Shown here piece by piece: positions 19,218-27,786 of a stretch of DNA of 55,643 nucleotides. The position numbers were made by a program, and so were the translations under genes. The stretch lies in assembly GCA_035513345.1 (NCBI GenBank), contig DATKCF010000045.1, positions 1-55,643 on the forward strand, in the 5' to 3' direction. The DNA comes from Longimicrobiales bacterium. GTDB lineage: Bacteria; Gemmatimonadota; Gemmatimonadetes; Longimicrobiales; RSA9. Positions within the stretch are counted from its first letter, which is position 1, and each line of letters begins with the position of its first letter. Under the pieces are notes generated by a model. That model had not been told where the DNA came from. It was given only the letters and a program-made list of their open reading frames with translations, and ran no database searches.

Positions 19218-20780
19218 TCAGCCGTCACGCGGCCGTGTCTTCGAAACGACGGGCGGCGCGATCGACCGGGCACCATCGGAACCGCCATTCACGTCTCCCG
19301 TCTTCGAACCCGCGAGCCGGCCGAAGAACGCGTCCATATCGAGGCCCATCGCGCCGGCGATCTGCTCGAGTGCGGCGATCGACGCGTTGACCTTCTGCGT
19401 CGCCGCGTTCGCCACGCCGTTGCCACCTCCGCTGTCGACCACCGTCAGGCGCTCGATGTGCACGTCCTTCATCGCGTCGACCGTCACACCGAGCAGCGCT
19501 GGCAGCTTCTCGGCAAGGAACACCTGCAGACCGGCGTCGCCGCCCTGCTGGATCTGGACATACAGCATCTTCAGCACTTCGGACTGTGCGCGTCCCTTCT
19601 CCAGGATCGGCGCCGCGAGTGCTTTCGCCTCTGCCTCGGCGGCCATGCGCCTTGCCTCCGCCGGCTGGACGATGTCCGCCTGAAGCCGTGTCTTCTCCAT
19701 TTCGACGCGCTTCGCTTCCCACGCGGTCCTCGCTTCCGTCTCCGCCTGCTGTGCTACGACCATCGCGACCCGCTCCGTCGTTTCCGCTTCCCGATCCAGC
19801 TCCGCCTGACGGACGCGAAGTGCGTTCTGCGCTTCGGCGATCTTGACGTTCGCCTGTGCGGCCGCAACTTCCGCAAGCTGCTTCGCGTGCGCCTGCTGCT
19901 GCTTGATCGCGCCATCCGCGTCCGCTTCGGCCACCTCGGCCTGGCGCTTCGCATCAGCCTGCCTCTGCTTGACCTGCGCCTGCGCTTCGGCCTCCGCTAC
20001 TTCCGCCAGCATCCGCGACTCGGACTGCTTCTGCTTCGTCTCCGCCTCGTTCGTCGCCTGCGCGACTTCGGCAAGGCGCTTGGCTTCCGCCTGCTTCTCG
20101 CGCGTCTCCGCGATCGCCGATGCCTTCGCGATCTCCGCGTCACGCAGCGCCTCAGCCGTCCGCTTCTCACCGATCGCCTGCAGGTACCCGACCCGATCCA
20201 TCACGTGCTGGATCTTCAGAACGTCCAGCTGCAGGCCCAGCTTCTTCAGGTCGTGGTCCGCTTCCTCCGACAGATGCTTCGCGAAACCGAGCCGGTCTTC
20301 GTTGACCTCCTCCGGCGTCAGCTTCGCAAGAACACCGCGCAGGTTGCCCGTCAGCGTCTCCCGCGCGAGCGCTTCGATCTGGGCAATGTTCTTCCCCAGC
20401 AGGCGTTCGACCGCGTTGTTGAACACCGCCTCCGGCTGCGACGCGATCTTCACGTTCGCGATTGCCTTCACGGCCAGCGGGATGTTGCCCTTGGAGTAAG
20501 CATCCTCGACCGACAACTCGAGCGGGATCGTCGTCAGCGACAGCCATTGGACCTGCTCGATGATCGGTACGCGCAGCGTCCGCCCACCACTCACTGTCCG
20601 GTAACCGACGGTCCCGCCTTCGTCCAGGTTCCGCTTCCGGCCAGTGATCACCGAAGCCATGTTCGGTGGCGCAATCACGATCAGTCGATTGATCGTGACC
20701 ACCGCGAGAAGGATCAGCGCCAGCACCACCACACCGGCGATCACGCCGGCCTGGCCCAGGATTCCCTGTAGTTCGGGCAT
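19218..20780 (-). CDS. Flotillin-family SPFH/band-7 protein (YqiK-like)
   Basis: N-terminal TM, an SPFH domain, and a long Ala/Glu/Lys/Gln-rich coiled coil (AEAKRLAEVAQATNEAETKQKQ...). Confidence 0.85.
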   Translation of the reverse strand: MPELQGILGQAGVIAGVVVLALILLAVVTINRLIVIAPPNMASVITGRKRNLDEGGTVGYRTVSGGRTLRVPIIEQVQWLSLTTIPLELSVEDAYSKGNIPLAVKAIANVKIASQPEAVFNNAVERLLGKNIAQIEALARETLTGNLRGVLAKLTPEEVNEDRLGFAKHLSEEADHDLKKLGLQLDVLKIQHVMDRVGYLQAIGEKRTAEALRDAEIAKASAIAETREKQAEAKRLAEVAQATNEAETKQKQSESRMLAEVAEAEAQAQVKQRQADAKRQAEVAEADADGAIKQQQAHAKQLAEVAAAQANVKIAEAQNALRVRQAELDREAETTERVAMVVAQQAETEARTAWEAKRVEMEKTRLQADIVQPAEARRMAAEAEAKALAAPILEKGRAQSEVLKMLYVQIQQGGDAGLQVFLAEKLPALLGVTVDAMKDVHIERLTVVDSGGGNGVANAATQKVNASIAALEQIAGAMGLDMDAFFGRLAGSKTGDVNGGSDGARSIAPPVVSKTRPRDG

Positions 20781-20781
20781 G

Positions 20782-21417
20782 TCAAGTCTCCGATATGGGG
20801 GCGATTCTTCGTTTCTGCGAACCTTCCAGCGCCGGGTCGCCCGGCGCGACCAGCGCGATCCCGTGCTGCATGTCCAGGATCAGAACCCGGACCCATTGCT
20901 GCGCGTCATCACGGTCCTCGTCAAACGGCCTCGCCAGCAACTCGTGCTCCCGGCCGCCACGCTCCACCATGATCTTGCCCGTTCCTGCCATCGTCAGCGG
21001 CATCGTCACGACCCCACTGAGACCGATCCACCCGCGGTCCGTCGGAAGCGCACCCGATTCCGTGCGACGGACCCAACCGAACGCCAGCGTGCTGATCGCC
21101 GCGCCCGTGATTCCCAGCGCAACCGCCACCGCCGCAGTCACCAGGGGCTGCGCACCGCCCGACAACCACGTCAGCAGCACACCCGTCACGCCGAACGCGA
21201 ACAGGAAGTACGTTCCGTTCCGGATCGACAGGATTCGGAAGTCGGCTCCGCCCGCCTCGTGATCCGCGCCGGCATCCACGTCGGCGTCCACGTCGGTATC
21301 GATGTCCACATCGACGTCGCCAGCGTCCACGTCGGCGTCGCCGAAAATGTCGGCCGCGAGGGAGAACACGAACATCCCCACGCCGACAATGAACGAGAAC
21401 CAGTACAGTCCGTTCAT
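20782..21417 (-). CDS. NfeD/YqiJ-like membrane protein (flotillin partner)
   Basis: The Met at 21417 (MNGLYWFSFIVGVGMFVFSLAADIF), an acidic DVD-rich loop, then TM segments and a C-terminal beta-barrel-like OB domain. The stop abuts the flotillin start. Confidence 0.65.
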   Translation of the reverse strand: MNGLYWFSFIVGVGMFVFSLAADIFGDADVDAGDVDVDIDTDVDADVDAGADHEAGGADFRILSIRNGTYFLFAFGVTGVLLTWLSGGAQPLVTAAVAVALGITGAAISTLAFGWVRRTESGALPTDRGWIGLSGVVTMPLTMAGTGKIMVERGGREHELLARPFDEDRDDAQQWVRVLILDMQHGIALVAPGDPALEGSQKRRIAPISET

Positions 21418-21829
21418 GGATCCGTCAGGTTGGAGTCTCGAAGCCGGCCCTGCCGTGAAGTTGCCGGCCTCCACCCGCTCTCGGGGCACCCGCCATTCTG
21501 TCGAGACGCCTGTATCATACTACGCTTCGCGGAAGGGCGGTCTTCGATTCACAAACTGCGCCGCCGCGTGGCCGCGGTAAAGGCCTGCTCCGAATGCCGG
21601 GCTTCGCATTGCCCCACCGCACCCCCCCGCGTGCGACCGCGGACCCACTCGCCCTGGACACGACACAAGTGGTTATGTCGCATCATCTTACACTGCCAGC
21701 GGGTGGCGGCGGCGTTCCGCTCCGGCTACAATGGGACGGCGTGTCGTGACGCATGACATCCAATCCAGAGGAACGATATCGAACGCACTGGACGGCGGTG
21801 AGCGCCGTGCTCTTCCAAAAGGAGAGATC

Positions 21830-22999
21830 ATGAAGGTCCGTTACATCACCCGGCTGTCGCAGGTCGAGGGCCTTTCCGACGAGGAACGGAAGCGGCTCGA
21901 GCCCGTGGCCGACCGCTTCGCCTTCCGGCTCAACGACTACTACGAGAAACTCATCAACTGGGACGATCCGGACGACCCGCTCCGGCGCCTGGTCGTGCCG
22001 GCCGAGGCCGAGCTGAACGACTGGGGCCGGCTCGATGCGAGCTTCGAGGCAGACTACACACCGGTCCGGGGCTGCCAGCACAAGTACACCGATACGGCAC
22101 TGCTGCTCGTGAACGAGGTCTGCGGCGCGTACTGCCGGTACTGCTTCCGCAAGCGCCTGTTCATGAATGACAACGACGAGGCGTCGCTCGACTACTCGCC
22201 CGGCCTCGAGTACATCGCCGAACACGAGGAAATCAGCAATGTCCTGCTGACGGGCGGCGATCCGCTGCTGCTGTCGACACGGCGGCTGTCGAAGATCATC
22301 TCGGACGTTGCGGCCGTTCCGCACGTCCGGATCATCCGCATCGGCAGCAAGATGGTAGCGTTCAATCCGCATCGCGTGCTGGACGACCCGTCGCTCCTCG
22401 ATCTGATCCGCGAGCACTGCAGTGATGGCATGCAGATCTACATCATGAACCACTTCGACCATCCGCGAGAGCTGACGCCCGAGGCGAAGGAAGCGATCCG
22501 GTTGCTTCAGCGGGCTGGCGCCCAGACGGTCAACCAGTGTCCGCTCGTGCGCGGCGTCAACGACAGTTGGCAGACGATGTCGAGCCTGATCCGCGAGTTG
22601 TCCTTCATCGGCTGTCCCCAGTACTACGTGTTCCAGGGCCGGCCTACAGCGGGCAACGAGCCGTACGAGCTTCCGATCGTCGAGGGCTTCTCGATCTTCA
22701 TCGAGGCCAGCCGCCACGTCTCCGGACTGGCCAAGCGCGCGCGCTACGCGATGTCGCATCGGACCGGCAAGATCGAGGTCACGGGCATCGACGAGAAACG
22801 CATCTACATGCGTTATCACAGGTCGTACCGGGTCGAAGACTATGGACGGATGATCGTGGCCGAGCGCAACGACGAAGCATACTGGCTGGATCAGCTCACC
22901 GTCCTGCGCGGCCCGAAGACCGCATTCAGGCACGCACGAACGCACGAGGGCCGGCCGTGGCGCGACCGTCGCGAACGCCAGCACGGCGGTACCGACTGA
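21830..22999 (+). CDS. KamA-family radical SAM protein (lysine 2,3-aminomutase-like)
   Basis: Strong RBS aaaaggagag. 'CGAYCRYCFRKR' CxxxCxxC. 'LLTGGDPLL' and the 'GCPQYYVFQGRP' KamA C-terminal motif. Confidence 0.85.
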   Translation: MKVRYITRLSQVEGLSDEERKRLEPVADRFAFRLNDYYEKLINWDDPDDPLRRLVVPAEAELNDWGRLDASFEADYTPVRGCQHKYTDTALLLVNEVCGAYCRYCFRKRLFMNDNDEASLDYSPGLEYIAEHEEISNVLLTGGDPLLLSTRRLSKIISDVAAVPHVRIIRIGSKMVAFNPHRVLDDPSLLDLIREHCSDGMQIYIMNHFDHPRELTPEAKEAIRLLQRAGAQTVNQCPLVRGVNDSWQTMSSLIRELSFIGCPQYYVFQGRPTAGNEPYELPIVEGFSIFIEASRHVSGLAKRARYAMSHRTGKIEVTGIDEKRIYMRYHRSYRVEDYGRMIVAERNDEAYWLDQLTVLRGPKTAFRHARTHEGRPWRDRRERQHGGTD

Positions 23000-23003
23000 T
23001 CCG

Positions 23004-25664
23004 TCACTCGCCGCGCAGTACGTGCAGCGCATCCGTCCGCGACGCGCGCATCGCGGGTGCCAGGCCTGACAGCACGGCGACGCCGAGCAGGATAGCCGCC
23101 ATCGATGCGAGCGTCGCGGGATCGGCCGCGGGAACGCCGAAAAGCAGGCTTTCAAGAAGTCGCGACCCGGACAGCGCCAGGACGAGTCCGGCGCCGACGC
23201 CCGTGGCGGCCAGGAGCAGTGTGCGGCCCACCACCGCGAGCCGCACGCTGCCCGCCGTCGCGCCCAGCGTCATGCGGATACCGATTTCGCGAGTGCGTTC
23301 CGCGACGGACTGCGACAGCACGCCGTAGATGCCGAGCGCGGCCAGCAGCAGTGCAACAGCGCCGAAACCGGCCAGGATCTGGAGCGTGAAGCGACGCGCG
23401 GACACCGACCCGTCCAGTGTCGTCTCGAGCGTCCAGTAGTCCCGCGTCGGCATGCCCGGGTCGATCTGCGCGAGCGCGGCGCTGACCGACGACGCGATCG
23501 TTGCCGCGGGCAACCTCGACCGCACCACGAGGTCCATGGTCTCGTAGTCGCGGATCTGCGCCATCGGGAAGTAGACCTGCAGACCGGCGGGACTCTCCGG
23601 TGTCACGTGATGGATGTCGGACACGATGCCCACGATCTCCCACGGCTCGTCGCCGCCGGCCGACCGCAACCGCCGGCCCAGAACGTCCTCGCCCGGGAAC
23701 ACTGTCGATGCGAACGTCTGGTTGACCAGAATCACCCTCTGCGTCGAATCCGTGTCGCGTGCGTCGATATCGCGACCAGCCACGAGGGGAATCCGCATTG
23801 CCCCGACGTAGCCCGGATCGATGACATGCGGAAAGAAGCCCGGATTCGGCTCGTCCGTTTCGGCCGAGCCGACCACCCGGAATCCCCAGCCCCGGTTCTT
23901 GCCCAGCGGAAGCGCGTCGATCAAACCCACCGCTTCGACCCCCGGCACCTCCCGCAGTCGTGACGTCAGGCTCCCGTAGAAAACGGTCGCCTCGACGATC
24001 GAGTCGAAACCACGACTCGGATTCAGCCGCCACGCCACCGCGTTCGCCGTCTCGTACCCGAGATCCACGTCCATAACCGCGCGGAAGCTCTGAAGCAGAA
24101 GACCACCCGCCACCAGCAGCCCGCACGCCAACGCCAGCTCCGCCACTACCAGCGTCTCGCGAAGACGGCGAGCGGCGCGATTGCCACTCGCCCCGCGGGT
24201 TACCGCTCGCAGCGTGTCGGACTCGCGGCCCTCCGCCACCTGTAACGCCGGCATGATGCCCGCCACCAGACCCGCCACGGCCGCCGCCCCGAGACCGAAC
24301 ACGAGCGCGCGCCCATCTACCGCCACCCGGTCCAGAAGTGGAATCGCCATTCCCGTCATCCCCGAGACGAATCGGGTGACGGCCACGGCCAGCAACAGGC
24401 CGACCAGGCCACCCGCGAACGATAGCGCAAGACTCTCCGCCAGAAGCTGCCGGACGATGCTGCCCCGCGTTGCGCCCAGCGCCTTCCGGACCGCCACTTC
24501 GCGGCCTCGCCGAGGACCCCTCGCCAGCAGGATGTTCGCCACGTTCACGCACACGATCAGCATCACCGCCGCCGCCGCGAGCGACAGCAGGAGCAGCGCC
24601 GGCCTCAGCGGACCGGATATGTGCCGCTGCAGAGGTATCACCCGCGCCCCGAGGCCCCACCGCTCCGGTTGCTCCGCCTGAAGGCCGGCGATCACACGCT
24701 CCAGGTCCGCCTGCGCGGTCTCCACCGTTTCGCCCGGCCGAAGCCTGCCGATGAAAAACATCGTGTTGCCCCACCGGTCCGTTTCATCGGTCACCGGAAA
24801 CGGCACCAGGTAGTCCACCTGGACCGAAGGCGTGAAAACCGACGTAAAATCGAACGTCGGCGGCAGCACGCCAGCCACTTCGTGCGGCGCACCGTTGATC
24901 AGAACCGACGTGCCGACCACGTCGCGGTCTCCCGCGAACCTTCGCCGCCAGAACCCGTGCGTCAGCACGATCGCGCGCGGACCGCCCCACGCCCCTTCCT
25001 CCGTCGTGAAGTTCCGCCCCAGCAACGGCTCGACACCCACCACATCCAGGAAGTCGTGCGCCACACCGATTCCCGTCGCCTGCTCCGCCGATCCCGACCC
25101 GCCCACCGTGTTGCTCTTCGCCTCGAAGAACGCCATGTAGCCGGTCAACCCGGCGAACGACCGCGCCAGCTCCCTGAAGTCGCGCAGGTTGCCTGATCGC
25201 GACGTCACCGACGACAGACTCGCACCTTCCTGGGTGTTCTCGATCCACACCAGCTCGCCGGCATCGTCGAACGGAAGCGGCCGCAGTAGCAGCGGACTCA
25301 CCACGCTATAGACCGCAGTCGTGGCGCCAACCCCGATCACGAGCGCCAGAAGCGCGTACAGGCCCGGCGACCGCCGCATCGTCCGCAACGCCGACTTCAC
25401 GTCCTGTCTCACCAGGTCCGGCCGAAACAACGATCTCATCCCGCCCCGTCCGCTCATTGTCAGCACCAGATCGCGCCACCACCGGCCCGCGATCAGCATC
25501 GATACCTCCCGTCGGTACCACCACCGCGCTCGGGCAGCGCCTCGACGCCGGGCAACAGCAACGAAATCCTCCCGCACGTCGCCCATGATCGCTTGCGCCG
25601 CCGGATCTTCTCGAAGCGCTCGCGCCAACAGCCGCGCGAATCGGCCAGGCGGTGCAGTCATCAT
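23004..25664 (-). CDS. ADOP/MacB-like ABC permease (886 aa) with ~80-aa N-terminal extension, PadR-associated
   Basis: Duplicated FtsX modules. It overlaps the padR stop by 4 nt (25661-25664). Confidence 0.85.
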   Translation of the reverse strand: MMTAPPGRFARLLARALREDPAAQAIMGDVREDFVAVARRRGAARARWWYRREVSMLIAGRWWRDLVLTMSGRGGMRSLFRPDLVRQDVKSALRTMRRSPGLYALLALVIGVGATTAVYSVVSPLLLRPLPFDDAGELVWIENTQEGASLSSVTSRSGNLRDFRELARSFAGLTGYMAFFEAKSNTVGGSGSAEQATGIGVAHDFLDVVGVEPLLGRNFTTEEGAWGGPRAIVLTHGFWRRRFAGDRDVVGTSVLINGAPHEVAGVLPPTFDFTSVFTPSVQVDYLVPFPVTDETDRWGNTMFFIGRLRPGETVETAQADLERVIAGLQAEQPERWGLGARVIPLQRHISGPLRPALLLLSLAAAAVMLIVCVNVANILLARGPRRGREVAVRKALGATRGSIVRQLLAESLALSFAGGLVGLLLAVAVTRFVSGMTGMAIPLLDRVAVDGRALVFGLGAAAVAGLVAGIMPALQVAEGRESDTLRAVTRGASGNRAARRLRETLVVAELALACGLLVAGGLLLQSFRAVMDVDLGYETANAVAWRLNPSRGFDSIVEATVFYGSLTSRLREVPGVEAVGLIDALPLGKNRGWGFRVVGSAETDEPNPGFFPHVIDPGYVGAMRIPLVAGRDIDARDTDSTQRVILVNQTFASTVFPGEDVLGRRLRSAGGDEPWEIVGIVSDIHHVTPESPAGLQVYFPMAQIRDYETMDLVVRSRLPAATIASSVSAALAQIDPGMPTRDYWTLETTLDGSVSARRFTLQILAGFGAVALLLAALGIYGVLSQSVAERTREIGIRMTLGATAGSVRLAVVGRTLLLAATGVGAGLVLALSGSRLLESLLFGVPAADPATLASMAAILLGVAVLSGLAPAMRASRTDALHVLRGE

Positions 25665-25993
25665 CGAGTGTCCAGCACCGGACCGAGCCCGTCGAGGAAC
25701 GAAAGCAGCACGTCACGGGAACGCCGGACCGCCTCCATCCCCACCGGCGTCACCTCCAGCTGCCGCATCGGATGACCACCACGCTCCGGCGTCTCGCTCG
25801 GCGTCATCTCCCACTCGACGAAGCCCTTCTCCACCAGACGGTCGATCGTGTGGTACAGCGCCCCCCGCGTCACCCGCCGGTCCGCGTTCGCTTCCAGATC
25901 CTCGCGCACCCGGTTCGCGTACGGCGAATCCTCGTTCCGCAGGATCGCCAGCAGGACCAGCATCTCGAACTCACCCAGTTTTGATGGTTGCAC
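25661..25993 (-). CDS. PadR-family transcriptional regulator
   Basis: 'FEMLVLLAILRNEDSPYANRVREDLE...TRGALYHTIDRLVEKGFVE' is a winged-HTH PadR signature. Apparent GTG start at 25993 with 'aaggg' upstream. Confidence 0.85.
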   Translation of the reverse strand: MQPSKLGEFEMLVLLAILRNEDSPYANRVREDLEANADRRVTRGALYHTIDRLVEKGFVEWEMTPSETPERGGHPMRQLEVTPVGMEAVRRSRDVLLSFLDGLGPVLDTR

Positions 25994-26030
25994 AGCCGCC
26001 CTTTCGTAGTATACTTTTTAGTCTACGAGG
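25994..26030 (-). promoter_or_regulatory. AT-rich island with near-direct/palindromic repeats (cgTAGTATACttttTAGTCTACg) immediately upstream of padR, a putative autoregulatory operator/promoter
   Basis: The only AT-rich stretch in the region. It contains TATACT (-10-like) and GTAG...CTAC symmetry. Confidence 0.4.
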
Positions 26031-26173
26031 CCGCTCGGTCTTCCGCAAGTGCCCGCGCGACGACAGCCGCGGTCGGACCGGAACGGCCTCGAACTGGAGG
26101 ACCGAAAACAATTCGGCCCCGCAGGATTGTCCTGCGGGGGCCGAACTGTTTCACGACCGTTGTGGCGTGTGGA

Positions 26174-26482
26174 TCAGGCGTCGAGCTCGTCCTCGCGCTC
26201 GACCTCGATCGAGCAATTCGCGACCAGAGCCGCGATGGCTCCGATGGCCGCCCAGACGGGGATGAGCACCGCACCGACGACGCCGATCGTGAGCGGAATC
26301 TCGATCAGCGTCCGGCCGTCCTCGTTGCGGATCGTGATACGGCGGACATTGCCCTCGCGAATGATCTCTTTCACCTTCTCGACGACGCGATCGCCGGCAA
26401 CCTTGTATTGCTCGTAGCGGCGCTTCCTGCCTTCGCCATCGCCGCCGGTCTCGCCTTCCTTCTTCACGACATCCTCCGACAT
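26174..26482 (-). CDS. DUF4342-family small membrane protein
   Basis: The Met at 26482 is preceded by gaggagg. 'YEQYKVAGDRVVEKVKEIIREGNVRRITIRNEDGRTLIEIPLTIGVVGAVLIPVWAAIGAIAALV' matches the DUF4342 consensus. The upstream 5' portion of the ORF-track ORF (26174..26827) is non-coding. Confidence 0.65.
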   Translation of the reverse strand: MSEDVVKKEGETGGDGEGRKRRYEQYKVAGDRVVEKVKEIIREGNVRRITIRNEDGRTLIEIPLTIGVVGAVLIPVWAAIGAIAALVANCSIEVEREDELDA

Positions 26483-26507
26483 GATTCCTCCTCGTCCCCT
26501 CGATCTG

Positions 26508-27107
26508 TCAGTTGCGGTCGGGCACAGCATCAACGGGGTCGGTCCCGCCGAGCCCGACGCCCGCAATGTAGTCGATGCCGGCGGCGAACGGGATGAAGTC
26601 GTCCGGCCGATCGGTCTGGCCGACCGATGGCACGGCCGTCTCGAGGCGAATTCGCCGTACGAGGCAGACATTACTGCACGCGGCCCACGACACCTCGGCG
26701 CGTGCGGTCCCGTCGGCGTACCGCGCATCCGCGCGAATGATGTGCGCCATGATCGTGACCTCGCCTCGGTACTCGTACGAGGCCGCGACCGAACCGCCCG
26801 CGCGGATCGGTACGGGCCAATCGACATGTCCGACGCGGTCCTGCACGGGCACCGACCACACCACCCGCGTCGGCAGTCCGGTTTCGCCCGGCTCCGGGCC
26901 GTAGATGTACCAGCCGGGGGCGACTCGCAGAGTCACCGTCAGGCGGTACGTGGTGTCGTTGACGGCGGACGCGACAAGGCGAGCGGTCACCGGTTCCTCG
27001 TCGTCGGGTTGTTGCGCACGGGCCGGCGCGTTCGACGCGATCAACAGCGTGACCGTCACAATGGCGAACCAGACGGCCGGGCGTCGTGGCAATCGAGGCG
27101 CGGTCAT
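26508..27107 (-). CDS. DsbD alpha-domain-like protein (PF11412-type), periplasmic
   Basis: Signal peptide. 'GWYIYGPEPGETGLPTRVVWSVP' resembles the DsbD-alpha HxYW..PGD.G.PT..W motif. Cys pair 'CSNVC'. 4-nt overlap with the upstream TlpA-like gene. Confidence 0.55.
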   Translation of the reverse strand: MTAPRLPRRPAVWFAIVTVTLLIASNAPARAQQPDDEEPVTARLVASAVNDTTYRLTVTLRVAPGWYIYGPEPGETGLPTRVVWSVPVQDRVGHVDWPVPIRAGGSVAASYEYRGEVTIMAHIIRADARYADGTARAEVSWAACSNVCLVRRIRLETAVPSVGQTDRPDDFIPFAAGIDYIAGVGLGGTDPVDAVPDRN

Positions 27108-27760
27108 GGTGCGACGGTCCCGCGTCCGGTCGGTCCGGCCGAGGCAGGGCCGGCGGATCCGACCAGGTACTGAAGGAACGCGCGCACGTCATCGTCGGCC
27201 CAGTCGGCCGCACCGCGATGACGCAACACGATCTGGCCATTCGCATCGACGATGTATGTGGTCGGCAACGCGCGCAGATCGAACGCGGCCGGCATCTCGC
27301 GCCGCTCTACGTGGAACGGCAACCGGTAGCCGTGCCGGTTCACGAACGCAGCCACACGCTCCACGGGTTCGGGCGACACGATGAGGAACGTGACCGGCGC
27401 ATCACCGAGCGAGTCACGAAGCCGCTCGATGCTCGCCAGCTCCGCTACGCACGGCGCGCACCACGTAGCCCACAAGTTGATGAACAGGACGTCACCCGCG
27501 AAGGACCGGAGCGAAGTCGTGTCGCCTTCGAGTGTGAACAGACCCCATTCGAAGTCCGCGGGACCGTACGTCTCGAGCAGATCTCCGGAGCGCGGCACTG
27601 TTGCCGCCGCCGCGTCACCGTCCCGTTCCTCCTGGGTCTGGTTCATGGCGACAGTGCCGGATCCCGATGCACAGGCCAGGCTGAGGACGGCAACCGGCCA
27701 GGCGATCCAGAACCGCGCAACTCCCGGAATGGGCCGTCGCGACCGCGAGCCGGGCCACAC
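27104..27760 (-). CDS. TlpA/ResA-like thiol-disulfide oxidoreductase (thioredoxin fold, WCAPC), lipoprotein
   Basis: 'LFINLWATWCAPCVAEL' active site. The start is uncertain: the GTG at 27760 gives an N-region plus 'VAVLSLACASG' lipobox, whereas the ATG at 27853 would overlap the TonB receptor gene by 67 nt. Confidence 0.75.
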   Translation of the reverse strand: MWPGSRSRRPIPGVARFWIAWPVAVLSLACASGSGTVAMNQTQEERDGDAAAATVPRSGDLLETYGPADFEWGLFTLEGDTTSLRSFAGDVLFINLWATWCAPCVAELASIERLRDSLGDAPVTFLIVSPEPVERVAAFVNRHGYRLPFHVERREMPAAFDLRALPTTYIVDANGQIVLRHRGAADWADDDVRAFLQYLVGSAGPASAGPTGRGTVAP

Positions 27761-27786
27761 ACGCCGCTCTCCCGACGAGGACCGGT

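Noticed and set aside
19179-20771. 530-aa plus-strand ORF opposite flotillin, and the Cys/Ala-rich 19843..20499 ORF
   Set aside because: They are antisense to the flotillin gene. The flotillin coiled coil (GCN/GAG-rich) creates long open antisense frames with no domain signatures.
23152-24774. 540-aa minus-strand ORF inside the ADOP permease gene, and the 26671..27246 / 27869..28567 ORFs
   Set aside because: These are alternative frames of well-supported genes (permease, DsbD-alpha-like/TlpA, TonB receptor) with Gly/Arg-rich compositions characteristic of high-GC frame shadows.
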